Shown here: positions 52,460-62,830 of the stretch, in pieces | Layout of the letters: each line of letters opens with the position of its first letter | How positions within the stretch are numbered: position 1 is the first letter of the stretch | Assembly: GCA_030647435.1 (NCBI GenBank) | Contig: JAUSJX010000078.1 | Coordinates: 40,878-104,877 of the forward strand | DNA length: 64,000 nucleotides | From: Candidatus Rokuibacteriota bacterium | GTDB taxonomy: Bacteria > Methylomirabilota > Methylomirabilia > Rokubacteriales > CSP1-6 | Reading direction: 5' to 3' | Made by a program: the position numbers and the translations under genes | The notes under the pieces: model-generated | What the model saw: the letters and a program-made list of their open reading frames with translations, nothing else | Database searches by the model: none | Told to the model about the DNA's origin: nothing

Positions 52460-53752
52460 ATGGCTCGCCGCCCGGCGCGCGCCGTCCTGCTCGTGCCGCT
52501 CCTCCTGCTCGCGCTGATCGCGGGCGGCTGCGGCGAGCGCGCGGGCAGCGGCGCGCCGGTGACGCTGGTCTTCAAGCACGCCAAGATCCTGGGGCCGGCC
52601 GATCCGCTGCCCGGTTTGCTCCGGCGCTTCGAGGCCCGGCACCCGGGCGTGCGCGTGCAGAGCGAGGCGCTGACGTGGAGCTCGGACGAGCAGCACCAGT
52701 TCTACGTGATCAACCTCGAGGGGGGCAGCCCGCCCTTCGACGTCATGATGCTCGACGTGATCTGGGTGCCAGAGTTCGCGCGAGCGGGATGGATCCTGGA
52801 CCTCACCCCGTTCGTGCCCGCGGCGGAGCGCGACGCGCACTTCCCCACCGCCATCGAGCCCGCGGTGCAGAGCGGTCGTCTCTGGGCGCTGCCGTGGTTC
52901 ATGAACGTGGGCCTCCTCTACTACCGGCGCGATCTCCTCGCCAAGTACGGCTTCACGCCGCCCGAGACCTACGAGGCCCTGGCCGCGCAGGTCCGCCGCA
53001 TCCGCGCGGGCGAGGGCGATCCGCGGCTCGACGGCTATCTGTGGCAGGGCAAGCAATACGAAGGCGGCATGGTCAACGTGCTGGAGGCCTTGTGGGCCAA
53101 CGGCGCACGGCTGCTCGACGAGGTGGGCCGGCCGTTCCCTGACCGGGAGCGCGCGCGGGAGTCGCTCGCGTTCCTGCGCGGGCTCATCGAGAGCGGGGTG
53201 AGCCCGGCCTGGGTGACCGCGGCCGACGAGGAGCTGACCCGGCGGCCCTTCGGCGACGGGCGGGCCATCTTCCTGCGGAACTGGCCCTACGCGCTCGACC
53301 TCTTCGAGCTGCCGGACTCGCGCGTGCGCGGCAAGGTCGGCGTGGCGCCGCTGCCGCGGCTGCGCCACGGCCCGGTGGGCGCCGCCTCCACCGGCGGCGC
53401 GCACCTCGCGGTCAGCGCGCGCACGCGGCACCAGGCGCTCGCGGTCGATCTGGCGCGCTTTCTCACGAGCAAGGCCGCGCAGCGGGCGATGACCGAGGGC
53501 GCGGCGCTCCGGCCCTCGCGGCCGAGCCTCTACCAAGACGCGGCCCTGGTCGCGCGCGATCCGAGCCTGCCCGCCCTGCTCGGGCTGATGGAGAAGGGGC
53601 ACCCGCGCCCGATCACGCCCTACTACCTCATGCTCTCCACCACGCTGCAGCCCGAGTTCTCCGCGGTCCTCGTGGGTCGCAAGTCACCCGACCGGGCCAT
53701 CCGCGACGGCACCGCCCAGGTCGAGCACCTGCTGCGGGCCATCACCCCGTGA
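52460..53752 (+). CDS. Sugar ABC transporter substrate-binding lipoprotein (SBP family 1)
   Basis: Lipobox LIAGGC after a signal peptide, then a family-1 SBP fold. Confidence 0.8.
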   Translation: MARRPARAVLLVPLLLLALIAGGCGERAGSGAPVTLVFKHAKILGPADPLPGLLRRFEARHPGVRVQSEALTWSSDEQHQFYVINLEGGSPPFDVMMLDVIWVPEFARAGWILDLTPFVPAAERDAHFPTAIEPAVQSGRLWALPWFMNVGLLYYRRDLLAKYGFTPPETYEALAAQVRRIRAGEGDPRLDGYLWQGKQYEGGMVNVLEALWANGARLLDEVGRPFPDRERARESLAFLRGLIESGVSPAWVTAADEELTRRPFGDGRAIFLRNWPYALDLFELPDSRVRGKVGVAPLPRLRHGPVGAASTGGAHLAVSARTRHQALAVDLARFLTSKAAQRAMTEGAALRPSRPSLYQDAALVARDPSLPALLGLMEKGHPRPITPYYLMLSTTLQPEFSAVLVGRKSPDRAIRDGTAQVEHLLRAITP

Positions 53753-54606
53753 CCGACCGCCGCCTCGCCTGGATCCTCCTCGCGCCCGCGCTCGCCGTGC
53801 TCGGCGGCCTCACCGTGTACCCGGCGCTGTGGGTACTGTGGCTCTCGCTCCAGTACCGCGTGCCGGTGTTCTCGATCTCGCGCTGGGCCGGCCTCGAGCA
53901 CTATGCGTTCCTCGCCGTCGACACCCGCTTCTGGAACGCGGCGTGGGTCACCGGTGTCTTCACGGTGTGCTCGGTGGCGCTCGAGTGCGCGCTGGGGCTC
54001 GCTCTGGCGCTCGGGCTGCGGGGCCAGTACCGCGGCCGCCGCGTGGCCCTGGCGCTCCTGCTGCTGGCCTGGGCGCTGCCCTCGGTGGTGACCGCCAAGA
54101 TGTTCGAGTGGCTCTACCATCCGGCGGGCGGGCTCGTGAACTTCCTGGTGGGCGGCCGGACCATCAACTGGCTCGGGGACCCCGACCTAGCGCTGCCCGC
54201 CTTGATCGCGGCCGACGTCTGGCGCGCCACGCCGTTCGTGACGCTGCTCTGCTTCGCGCGCCTGCTGACGATCCCGGCCGATCTCTACGAGGCCGCGCAG
54301 GTGGACGGCGCCGCGGGCCTGCAGGCCTTCGCGCGCATCACCTGGCCGCTGGTGCGCCCGATCCTCCTCGTCGCGCTGCTCTTCCGCACGCTGGACGCCC
54401 TGCGCGCCTTCGACATCATGTTCGTGCTGACGGGTGGCGGACCGGCGGGCGCGACCGAGACGCTCACCGTGTACGCCTATCGGGCCCTGTTCCAGACGAT
54501 GCAGATGGGGTTCGGCTCGGCCATCGGGGTGGTCGTCTTCGCCTTCGTCATGGTGGTGGCGGTGGCCTACCTGTGGGTGATCAACCGACAGGATCAGACG
54601 GCGTGA
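53749..54606 (+). CDS. Sugar ABC transporter permease (MalF/UgpA-type)
   Basis: The GTG start overlaps the upstream TGA. EAA loop EAAQVDGAAGLQAFARITWPL. Confidence 0.85.
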   Translation: MTDRRLAWILLAPALAVLGGLTVYPALWVLWLSLQYRVPVFSISRWAGLEHYAFLAVDTRFWNAAWVTGVFTVCSVALECALGLALALGLRGQYRGRRVALALLLLAWALPSVVTAKMFEWLYHPAGGLVNFLVGGRTINWLGDPDLALPALIAADVWRATPFVTLLCFARLLTIPADLYEAAQVDGAAGLQAFARITWPLVRPILLVALLFRTLDALRAFDIMFVLTGGGPAGATETLTVYAYRALFQTMQMGFGSAIGVVVFAFVMVVAVAYLWVINRQDQTA

Positions 54607-55418
54607 GAGCCAGCCGGGTGCGCGATGGGCTCGTGCTGCTCGCGCTCGCGATGTACGCCGCCCCGTTCTTCTGGCAGGCGATGACCTCGCTGCGGCCCGA
54701 CACCGAGCTGCTACCGTTGACGCATCTCTGGCCGAGCCGCCTCACGCTCGCCCATTACGACGTGGTGTTCCGCCAGAGCCTCATGCCGCGGGCGCTCGTC
54801 AACAGCCTGGGCATCGCACTGCTGAGCACGCTCCTTGCGGTGGGGCTCGGCGCGCTCGCGGCCTACGCGCTGGCGCGGCTGCCGGTGCGCGGTCGCAGCG
54901 TCATCCTGCTCGGTATGATCGCGGCCACCGCGTTTCCCCAGATCGCCACCGTGAGCCCGCTCTATCTACTGATGCGCGCCCTGGGCCTGCGCGACACCTG
55001 GCTCGCGCTGATCCTGGCCAACGGCTCGTTCACTCTGCCGCTGGTGATCTGGCTGCTGGCGGGCTTCATCCGCGAGATCCCGCGCGCGCTCGAGGAGGCG
55101 GCGATGGTGGACGGCGCGGGCCGGCTGGCCACGCTGCGCTGGGTGGTGCTGCCGCTGGTGGCGCCGGGCATGGCCTCGGCGGCCCTGCTGGCCTTCCTCT
55201 TTTCCTGGAACGAGTTTCTGTTCGCCTACAGCCTCACCGCCACCGAGGCCAGCCGCACGGTGCCGGTGGCCCTCGCGCTCTTCCCCGGGGTGTTCGAAGT
55301 GCCCTGGGGCGACATCGCGGCCGCCTCGCTCCTCGCGAGCCTGCCGCCCATCCTCATCGTGGTCGGCTTCCAGCGCTACCTGGTTCGCGGCCTCCTCGCC
55401 GGCGCCCTCCGCGAGTAA
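54603..55418 (+). CDS. Sugar ABC transporter permease (MalG/UgpE-type)
   Basis: The GTG start overlaps the upstream TGA. EAA loop EAAMVDGAGRLATLRWVVLPL. Confidence 0.85.
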   Translation: MRASRVRDGLVLLALAMYAAPFFWQAMTSLRPDTELLPLTHLWPSRLTLAHYDVVFRQSLMPRALVNSLGIALLSTLLAVGLGALAAYALARLPVRGRSVILLGMIAATAFPQIATVSPLYLLMRALGLRDTWLALILANGSFTLPLVIWLLAGFIREIPRALEEAAMVDGAGRLATLRWVVLPLVAPGMASAALLAFLFSWNEFLFAYSLTATEASRTVPVALALFPGVFEVPWGDIAAASLLASLPPILIVVGFQRYLVRGLLAGALRE

Positions 55419-55800
55419 CCCTCTCCTCGGGACCGGCGAAGGACAGCCGCAACACGCCGAGGGGCTTTCCTACCGTATGATTGACGTCCACCCGCCTGGT
55501 CGCGCGCACCACGCAGGCGCAGTAGCGCTTCGGCTCCGTCTTCGAGCCGATGATGAGGGTGTTCGCTGACTGCTCCGAGCGCCTACTGCGGCGCGGACCT
55601 CGTGAGCCGCTTCAGCGGGCGGGACTGCGCGAGCGGCTCGCTCGGGGTGATGCCGGACCAGGATCTGATGCCGCTCGTGATGGCCAACGCCCTTCGCTTC
55701 ACCAAGTACGGAGCGCGGGCGCGCCGCCGGCGCCTTCGCTCGGCCCGTGGCCGTTTAGGTTGGGACCCTCGCGCTCCCGCGGTATCCTAGCCGCATTGTC

Positions 55801-57057
55801 ATGAAGCGCTCCTACCGCCTCGTCTCCGTTGCCGTCCTGCTCGCCCTGGGCGTGATCGGGGTCGCCGTCCGCACGCGCGCGCCCGAGCCGCCCCGCGCAC
55901 GACCCGACATCGGCCAGGCGCCCGAGCCCGCGGCCCCGGACCAGAGCCCGGCCCCCATCGAGATCGTGCTGAAGCGCGGCGAGACCCTGGAGACCGCGCT
56001 CCGCCGCGCCGGCGTCGAGCGGGCCGAGGCCGCCGCCATCGTCGCAGCCCTCCGGAGCAGCGTCAACATGCGCCGCCTCGCGCCGGGCGAGCAGCTGACG
56101 GTCGTGCCGGGGCCGGAGGGACCGCCCGCGGAGGTCGTGTACGTGCGCTCCCCCGCGGAGCGCTACGAGATCCGGCCCAGCGGCCATCGCTGGACGGTCA
56201 CCGCGGTTCGCGCAGACGTGGACACGCGCGTGGTGGCGCTCGCCGGCGAGGTGCGCGACTCGCTCTTCGCCAGTATCGAGCGTCTCGGCGAGGCGGCCAG
56301 CCTCACCGCGCGGCTCGTCACCCTCTTCGAGTGGGACTTCGACTTCGCGGCCGACTCGCTGCCGGGTGACCGCTTCCGCTTCCTCGTGGAGAAGCGCTAC
56401 GTCGGCGACACGCTCCTGGGCTACGGCGACATCCTGATCGCGCAGTACTCGAGTATCGGCCGCTCGCTGCTCACGAGCGTGGCCTTCGAGGACAGCGGCG
56501 GGCGGCGGAACTACTACGACGCTTCCGGGCGCTCGGTGCGGAAGATGTTCCTGCGCGCCCCGCTCGACTTCACCCGCATCACCTCCGGCTTCTCCCATGC
56601 GCGCCATCATCCGATCCTGGGTGGGCTGCGGCCGCACCTCGCGGTGGACTACGGGGCGCCGGTCGGCACGCCGGTCCGCGCGGTGGCCGACGGCGTGGTG
56701 ACCCAGGCGGGAAGGGATGGCGGCTTCGGCCTCACCATCACGCTCCGTCACGCGCGCGGCTACGAAACGATGTACAACCACCTGTCCAAGATGGACGTCC
56801 GCCGGGGAGAGCGGGTGCGCCAGCGCCAGGTCATCGGCCGCGTCGGCACCACCGGCCTCTCCACCGGGCCGCACCTCGACTACCGCGTGCGCAAGGGCGG
56901 CGTGCTCGTGAATCCGCTGGGCGAGAAGTTCATCCCCGGCTCGCGCGTCACCGCGCACCGCCGTCAAGCCTTCTCGGTCCACGTGCAGGCGCTGCTGGAG
57001 CGGCTCGAGGCGCAGGCGCCTTTCCCGTCGTCCGCCCCCGGCCCTGGCCGATCCTGA
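55801..57057 (+). CDS. M23-family metallopeptidase (murein endopeptidase-like) with an N-terminal signal/anchor
   Basis: HxxxD and HxH zinc motifs (HLAVDYGAP, GPHLDYRV) in a C-terminal LytM domain. Confidence 0.8.
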   Translation: MKRSYRLVSVAVLLALGVIGVAVRTRAPEPPRARPDIGQAPEPAAPDQSPAPIEIVLKRGETLETALRRAGVERAEAAAIVAALRSSVNMRRLAPGEQLTVVPGPEGPPAEVVYVRSPAERYEIRPSGHRWTVTAVRADVDTRVVALAGEVRDSLFASIERLGEAASLTARLVTLFEWDFDFAADSLPGDRFRFLVEKRYVGDTLLGYGDILIAQYSSIGRSLLTSVAFEDSGGRRNYYDASGRSVRKMFLRAPLDFTRITSGFSHARHHPILGGLRPHLAVDYGAPVGTPVRAVADGVVTQAGRDGGFGLTITLRHARGYETMYNHLSKMDVRRGERVRQRQVIGRVGTTGLSTGPHLDYRVRKGGVLVNPLGEKFIPGSRVTAHRRQAFSVHVQALLERLEAQAPFPSSAPGPGRS

Positions 57058-57366
57058 GGCCGCCGCCCGGCTCACCGGCGTCCCCGACGTCCCGGCAAGA
57101 CCCACCCGCTTGTTCAGGCCGCGAACCGGATCGAGCCTCTGCTACTCGTGCGGCCAGCTCAACCGCGTGGGGAGTGGAGATAACATAGAGCCCGTTCTCG
57201 ATCATGGCGCCCCGCGGCCCAGGCTCTTCCCTCCTTGTCACAGCTCTTCCCCTTGTCACAGCGCGGATAACGCCCCTCCCATCCCGAGCCGAGCCTGCCA
57301 GAGCGCGGCTCGGAATCCTCCTGCCCGGATCGGGGTCAGGTTGACTCCCGTGGTAATCTTCCGCAC

Positions 57367-58749
57367 GTGCCGCGTCCTTCGGTTGCCCGGCGCTACGCGC
57401 GCTTCGTCCTCGGCCTGGCGCTGGATCAGGTGCCGCCGCCGGTGGCCGCGAAGGCGACCTCGCTCGCCCTCGACACTCTCGGCAGCTGCCTCGCGTCTTC
57501 GCGGGAGGACTTCGGCAGAGCCGTCCTGCAGGCCGCCGAGCGCCTGGGCGGCGCCCCGGAGAGCACCCTCATCGGAACCAAATCGAGGTCGGGCGCGGCG
57601 AGCGCGGTGCTCGCGAACGCCACGCTCGCCCACGGTCTCGACTTCGACGACACCCGGGAGGACGCCATCGTCCACACTGGCTGTGTCGCCGTCACCACGG
57701 CGCTTGCTGTCGGCGAGGCCCTCGGCGCCTCCGGCCGCGCGGTGCTCGAGGCGATGATCGCGGGCGTGGAGGTCATGTGCCGGGTCGGCCTCGCGGTGCC
57801 GGGCAGCTTCCACGCGCGCCACTATCACCCGACGTCTCTCACGGGCAGCTTCGCCGCGGCGGCGGTCGCGGGCAAGCTCTACGGCCTTACGGAGGACCAG
57901 CTCGTCCACGCCTTCGGGATCTGCGGCAGCCAGGCCGGCGGCATCATCGAGTACCTGGCAGACGGCTCGTGGACCAAGCGCCTGCACCCCGGCTGGGCCG
58001 CGCACGCGGGAGTGGCCGCGACGCTCCTCGCCCGCTCGGGTTTCACCGGTCCGGAGACGGTCTTCGAGGGCGTTCACGGGTTCTACCAGGCGTTCGCCGG
58101 CGGCTACGAGGAGCCCAACCTCGACGCTCTCCTCGCGACCCTCGGCCGCACATGGGAGCTCGCCGAGCTGACGCTCAAGCCCTATCCCTGCGGCTCCATC
58201 GCCCAGCCCTACATGGACTGCGCGCTCCGGCTCCGGCAGCAGCATCAGATCAAGCCCGAGCAGATCGCCGGCATCCGCTGCCGCACCGCCGAGGGCCCGA
58301 TCCCGCGCCTCTGGGAGCCCCTCGCGAGCAAGCACAGCCCGCAGAACGGGTATGCCGCCAAGTTCAGCCTGCCCTATCTGCTCGCGCTCATGCTCGTGAA
58401 GGGACGGGCGACGCTTGCCGAGTTCACCGACGAGGCGGCGCGTGACCAGGCGGTGCTGGCGGTGGCGGGCAAGGTCGGCTACGAGGTGGACGCGACCATC
58501 GACTATCCCCGCCAGTTCATCGGGCACGTCGCCATTCGCCTGCACGACGGCCGCCACCTCGAGGAGCACCAGGATCACCCGCGCGGCGGGCCGGACTTCC
58601 CCATGACGCGCGAAGAAGTCGAGGCGAAGTTCCTCGGCAACGCCGCTCTCGCCGTACCAGCGGAACAGTCAGCTCGCGTCGTCACACTCGTGGGGCAGCT
58701 CGCGGCGCAGGCGCACGTCACCGCCTTGATGGATTCTCTGACGGCCTAG
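57367..58749 (+). CDS. MmgE/PrpD-family protein (2-methylcitrate dehydratase-like)
   Basis: PrpD N- and C-domain conservation (LDTLGSCLAS..., HPGWAAHAGV). GTG start. Confidence 0.8.
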   Translation: MPRPSVARRYARFVLGLALDQVPPPVAAKATSLALDTLGSCLASSREDFGRAVLQAAERLGGAPESTLIGTKSRSGAASAVLANATLAHGLDFDDTREDAIVHTGCVAVTTALAVGEALGASGRAVLEAMIAGVEVMCRVGLAVPGSFHARHYHPTSLTGSFAAAAVAGKLYGLTEDQLVHAFGICGSQAGGIIEYLADGSWTKRLHPGWAAHAGVAATLLARSGFTGPETVFEGVHGFYQAFAGGYEEPNLDALLATLGRTWELAELTLKPYPCGSIAQPYMDCALRLRQQHQIKPEQIAGIRCRTAEGPIPRLWEPLASKHSPQNGYAAKFSLPYLLALMLVKGRATLAEFTDEAARDQAVLAVAGKVGYEVDATIDYPRQFIGHVAIRLHDGRHLEEHQDHPRGGPDFPMTREEVEAKFLGNAALAVPAEQSARVVTLVGQLAAQAHVTALMDSLTA

Positions 58750-58758
58750 GGGGATGAG

Positions 58759-59781
58759 ATGACACGACTTCGGCTCGCGACAAGCCTGACAGTGCTCGCC
58801 CTGCTCCTCTCCGCCGCCTCCGCGCCCGCGCAGGACGCGCGCCTGGAGGCGGCGAAGAAGGAAGGCAAGGTCGTCTGGTACACCTCCCTCGCCTTGTCCA
58901 GCTCCGAGAAGGTCGCCAAGCTCTTCGAGGCCGCGTATCCCGGGATCAAGGTCGAAGTCCACCGGACCGGCTCCGAGCGGATCCTCCAGCGCCTCATGCA
59001 GGAGCTCCAGGCCAACATCAAGATCGCCGACGTGGTCCACACCTCCGACGCGGGCCACTACGTGCTGCTGAAGGACAAGAAGCTCCTGATGAAGTACGCG
59101 CCGGCCGGCGTCGATCGCTTCCCGGCCGCCTTCAAGGACAAGGACGGCTATCACTACGGCCTCCGCGCCACGGTGAACGTCATCGCCTACAACTCGAAGA
59201 TCGTTCCTGCCGCCGAGGCGCCGCGGACATGGAAGGACCTGCTCGACCCGAAATGGAAAGGCAAGCTCGTCACGGCGCATCCGGGGTACAGCGGCGTGAT
59301 CGCGACCCATGTGCTGGCGCTGGTGCATCTCCACGGCTGGGACTACTTCAAGCAGCTCGCCCAGAACAAGCCCATGCTGGTCCAGTCGGCGGTCGACCCC
59401 TCCGGCGTCGTCGCCTCGGGCGAGCGGCCCATCGCGGCGAACGGCGGCGACTACACGTTCTACCAGGTCAAGAAGAAGGGCAATCCGGTCGAGATCGTGT
59501 TCCCGAAGGAAGGCGTCCCGCTCGTCGTGTCGCCGAGCGCCATCACCGCCTTCGCGCCGCACCCGAACGCTGCCCGTCTCTTCACCGACTTCATCTTCAG
59601 CCGCGAGCTCCAGCAGGTGCTGGCCGACAGCGAGGGGCTGTACACGGGCCATCCTGACGTGAAGTACCCGGCCGACCGGCCCAAGCTCTCCGAGCTGAAC
59701 CTGCTCCGCGTGGACCCGGAGGAGCTGGAGAAGCGCAACGAGGAGATCAAGACGCGCTTCGTCGAGTTCTTCGGAGCCTGA
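58759..59781 (+). CDS. Fe3+-type ABC transporter substrate-binding protein (FbpA/AfuA-like)
   Basis: Signal peptide followed by an SBP family-1 iron-binding fold. Confidence 0.75.
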   Translation: MTRLRLATSLTVLALLLSAASAPAQDARLEAAKKEGKVVWYTSLALSSSEKVAKLFEAAYPGIKVEVHRTGSERILQRLMQELQANIKIADVVHTSDAGHYVLLKDKKLLMKYAPAGVDRFPAAFKDKDGYHYGLRATVNVIAYNSKIVPAAEAPRTWKDLLDPKWKGKLVTAHPGYSGVIATHVLALVHLHGWDYFKQLAQNKPMLVQSAVDPSGVVASGERPIAANGGDYTFYQVKKKGNPVEIVFPKEGVPLVVSPSAITAFAPHPNAARLFTDFIFSRELQQVLADSEGLYTGHPDVKYPADRPKLSELNLLRVDPEELEKRNEEIKTRFVEFFGA

Positions 59782-59813
59782 TCCTGATCCGAAAGCCCAC
59801 GGCCGACCCGGAG

Positions 59814-61523
59814 ATGGCCCGGTCTCATCCCTCGCGGCTCGACGGCCTCGATCGCTCCGCTCCCGTCTGGGTCCTGACGGCGGCCGTGCTCGCGCTGCTG
59901 ATCCTCCTGCCGCTGGGCTGGCTCGGCTACATGAGCGTGAGCTCCGAGCGCGGCGTCACGCTCGCCCACTACGCCCGCGTCTTCGCCGACCCCCAGCTCC
60001 AGAAAGCGCTCTGGAACACGGTGGTGTTGGCGTTCTGGTCGGGACTCCTGTCGGTCGCCATCGGCGCGCCCATGGCCTGGCTCTCCGCCCGCACCGACCT
60101 GCCCTGGTCGCGGGTGATTCGGAGCCTCATCATGGCCTCCTTCGTGACGCCGCCCTTCCTCGGCGCCTTCGCGTGGGTCATGCTCGCCGGGCCGAACGCC
60201 GGCTACCTCAACAAGCTCTACCGAAGCCTGACCGGTGCGAACGACCCGCTCCTCAACATCTTCACGATGCCGGGGCTGATCTTCGTGGTCGCGATCTACA
60301 CCTTCCCCTACGTGTACATCATGATCGCCAACACGCTCGGGCTGATCGCGTCCGATCTGGAGGAGGCCGCGTCCATCCTCGGCGCCAGCCGCTTCCGGGT
60401 GGCGCTGACCATCACGCTGCCGATGGTCGCGCCCGCCATTCTGAGCGGCTTCATCCTGTCCGTCCTGCAGGCGCTGGCGCTCTTCGGCTCCCCGGCCATC
60501 CTCGCGCTGCCGGCGGGCTTTCACACGGTCACGACGCAGATCTGGGCGCTCTTCCACTACCCGCCCAAGGTCGAGATGGCGGCCGCCTTCTCCGTGCCGC
60601 TGCTGCTGGCCACGGCGCTCCTGCTGCTCGTCCAGAAGAGGCTCCTGGGCCGACGCGGCTACGCGTCGGTAGGCGGCAAGGGCGCGCAGCGCCGGGCGAT
60701 CCCGCTCGGCCCGTGGCGGTACCCCGCGCTCCTCGGCTGCCTCGCGGTCCTCGGCTGCGCGGTGTTCCTCCCGTATGGGATCCTCGCCAAGGCCGCCTTC
60801 TCTCGCGCCTGGGCCCAGCCGCTGACCTGGGAGAACTTCACGCTGGCGAACTGGTCGTTCACGTTCCTGTACAGCTCGACCCAGGGCGCCATCGTCAACA
60901 CGCTCGAGCTGGGCGTGCTCACGGCCTGCGTCGGCGCCGGGCTCGCGGCGCTGCTCGCCTATGTCACGAATCGCAAGCTCATCGTGGGCCACCAGCTCCT
61001 GGCCTTCCTCGCGCTGGCGCCCATCGTCATTCCCGGCACCGTCCTCGCGGTCGCCCTCTTCATCGCGTACACCCGCCCGCCCTTCCTCCTTTACGGCACA
61101 CTCTGGATCCTCTTCATCGCCTACCTGACCAAGGAGATGCCCGTCGGCTACTCCCAGTCCGACGCCACGTTTCGCGGGATCCATCCCGAGCTGGAGGAGG
61201 CGGGCCGCATCCTGGGCGCCGGGCGTCTGCGCGTGCTCCGGGAGATCACCGCGCCGCTCGCCAAGAGCGGCATCATCGCCACCTGGTGCTTCATCTTCAT
61301 CGGCGTCATCCGCGAGCTGTCCGCGTCGATCATTCTCTTCACGCCCAATACCAAGGTCATATCGGTCGTGATCTTCGACCTCAAGGAAGAGGGCCAGTTC
61401 GGCGCCATCGCGGTCCTCGGCATCTTCATGCTGGGCATGACGTTTGCCGTCGTTGCTTTGATGCAGACGCTCCTCGGCAAGGACGTCCTCGGGCAGAGGC
61501 CGTCCGCGAGCGCGCCGGGGTAA
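59814..61523 (+). CDS. Iron(III) ABC transporter permease (two-module FbpB-type)
   Basis: Duplicated 6-TM modules, each with an EAA loop (EEAASILGASRFRV; EEAGRILGAGRLRV). Confidence 0.85.
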   Translation: MARSHPSRLDGLDRSAPVWVLTAAVLALLILLPLGWLGYMSVSSERGVTLAHYARVFADPQLQKALWNTVVLAFWSGLLSVAIGAPMAWLSARTDLPWSRVIRSLIMASFVTPPFLGAFAWVMLAGPNAGYLNKLYRSLTGANDPLLNIFTMPGLIFVVAIYTFPYVYIMIANTLGLIASDLEEAASILGASRFRVALTITLPMVAPAILSGFILSVLQALALFGSPAILALPAGFHTVTTQIWALFHYPPKVEMAAAFSVPLLLATALLLLVQKRLLGRRGYASVGGKGAQRRAIPLGPWRYPALLGCLAVLGCAVFLPYGILAKAAFSRAWAQPLTWENFTLANWSFTFLYSSTQGAIVNTLELGVLTACVGAGLAALLAYVTNRKLIVGHQLLAFLALAPIVIPGTVLAVALFIAYTRPPFLLYGTLWILFIAYLTKEMPVGYSQSDATFRGIHPELEEAGRILGAGRLRVLREITAPLAKSGIIATWCFIFIGVIRELSASIILFTPNTKVISVVIFDLKEEGQFGAIAVLGIFMLGMTFAVVALMQTLLGKDVLGQRPSASAPG

Positions 61524-61528
61524 CCGCG

Positions 61529-62617
61529 ATGCCCGGCGTGACGATACGGGGTCTGACCAAGCGCTACGGCGACGTCGCCGCCGTCCTAGGCCTCGAGCTG
61601 CGCGTGGAGCCCGGCGAGCTGGTGGCGCTGCTCGGGCCATCGGGCTGCGGCAAGACGACCACGCTGCGGCTCGTGGCGGGCTTTCTCAAGCCGGAAGCGG
61701 GCGAAATCTGGGTCGGAGAACGCTGCCTCTCGTCGCCGGCAGCGGTGGTCCCGCCCGAGCGGCGCCGGATGGCGATGATCTTCCAGAGCTACGCGCTGTG
61801 GCCGCACATGACGGTGGATCAGAACGTCGCGTACGGGCTGCGGTTCACGGGAGTGCCGAAGGCCGAGAGGGACCGGCGGGTGAAGGACATCCTGAAGGCG
61901 GTCCAGCTCGAGGGCTACGGATCCCGCTATCCCGGCGAGCTCTCCGGCGGCCAGCAGCAGCGCGTCGCCGTCGCGCGTGCGCTGGTGGTCGAGCCCGAGA
62001 TCCTGCTCCTGGACGAGCCGCTCAGCAACCTGGACGCGAACCTCCGCGAGGAGATGCGCTTCGAGATCCGGCGCCTGCACGAGACGTTCGCGATCACGAC
62101 GCTCTACGTCACGCATGATCAGGCGGAGGCCATGGTGATCTCGGACCGCGTGGCGGTACTCCAGGACGGGCGCGTCGCCCAGGTCGGCACGGCCGAAGAG
62201 CTCTTCGAGCGTCCGCGGACGCGCTTCGTCGCCGAGTTCATCGGGAAGACCAACCTGATCGACGGCCGCGCCGAGGGGACGGCCACCGTCGCCCGCGGGG
62301 ACTTACGCCTGCGCGTTGCCTCGGCAGGCCTGACGGCCGGCGCGCCGGTCGCCGTCTCGATCCGGCCTCACCAGATCGAGCTGGCGCCGCGAGCTAGAGC
62401 CGGCGCCACGGCCGCGCGGGAGACTAACGTCCTCACGGGTACCGTCGTGCGCGCGAGCTATCTCGGCGACGGAGTCGACTACCAGGTCCGGATCGAGGGA
62501 AGCGACGTCGTCCTGCGCGTGGCCGGCCCGGCCCCGCCGCGTGTGCGGCTGGGCGAGAGCGTCAGCGTGAGCGTGGCGGTGAGCGCGTGCGTCCCGCTGC
62601 CGTCAGGGGGCGGCTAG
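61529..62617 (+). CDS. ABC transporter ATP-binding protein (FbpC/PotA-type with a C-terminal TOBE domain)
   Basis: Walker A GPSGCGKTT, signature LSGGQQQRVAVARAL, Walker B LLLDEP. Confidence 0.85.
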   Translation: MPGVTIRGLTKRYGDVAAVLGLELRVEPGELVALLGPSGCGKTTTLRLVAGFLKPEAGEIWVGERCLSSPAAVVPPERRRMAMIFQSYALWPHMTVDQNVAYGLRFTGVPKAERDRRVKDILKAVQLEGYGSRYPGELSGGQQQRVAVARALVVEPEILLLDEPLSNLDANLREEMRFEIRRLHETFAITTLYVTHDQAEAMVISDRVAVLQDGRVAQVGTAEELFERPRTRFVAEFIGKTNLIDGRAEGTATVARGDLRLRVASAGLTAGAPVAVSIRPHQIELAPRARAGATAARETNVLTGTVVRASYLGDGVDYQVRIEGSDVVLRVAGPAPPRVRLGESVSVSVAVSACVPLPSGGG

Positions 62618-62639
62618 GCCCGGCTCACCCGCTCCGGAA

Positions 62640-62810
62640 CAGCACCGAGACGTCGAGGTCCGGGTTGAGCCTGCCCATCTCGGCGTCGACGGCCCGGCGC
62701 ACGTGCTCCCTCTCCTCCAGGTCCGACAACACGATGAGAGCGTCCGCGCGTTCTCTGATCATCGCCGAGAGGGCGCTGTCGAATTCGTTTGGGCACCTTC
62801 ACACCGTAGC
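62640..62810 (-). pseudogene. Internal fragment of a PF04392-type SBP (..EFDSALSAMIRERADALIVLSD..)
   Basis: Translation of the minus strand gives the conserved central motif of the family with no N- or C-terminal parts. Confidence 0.4.
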
Positions 62811-62830
62811 CCTGGTGCACATTCCCTTTC

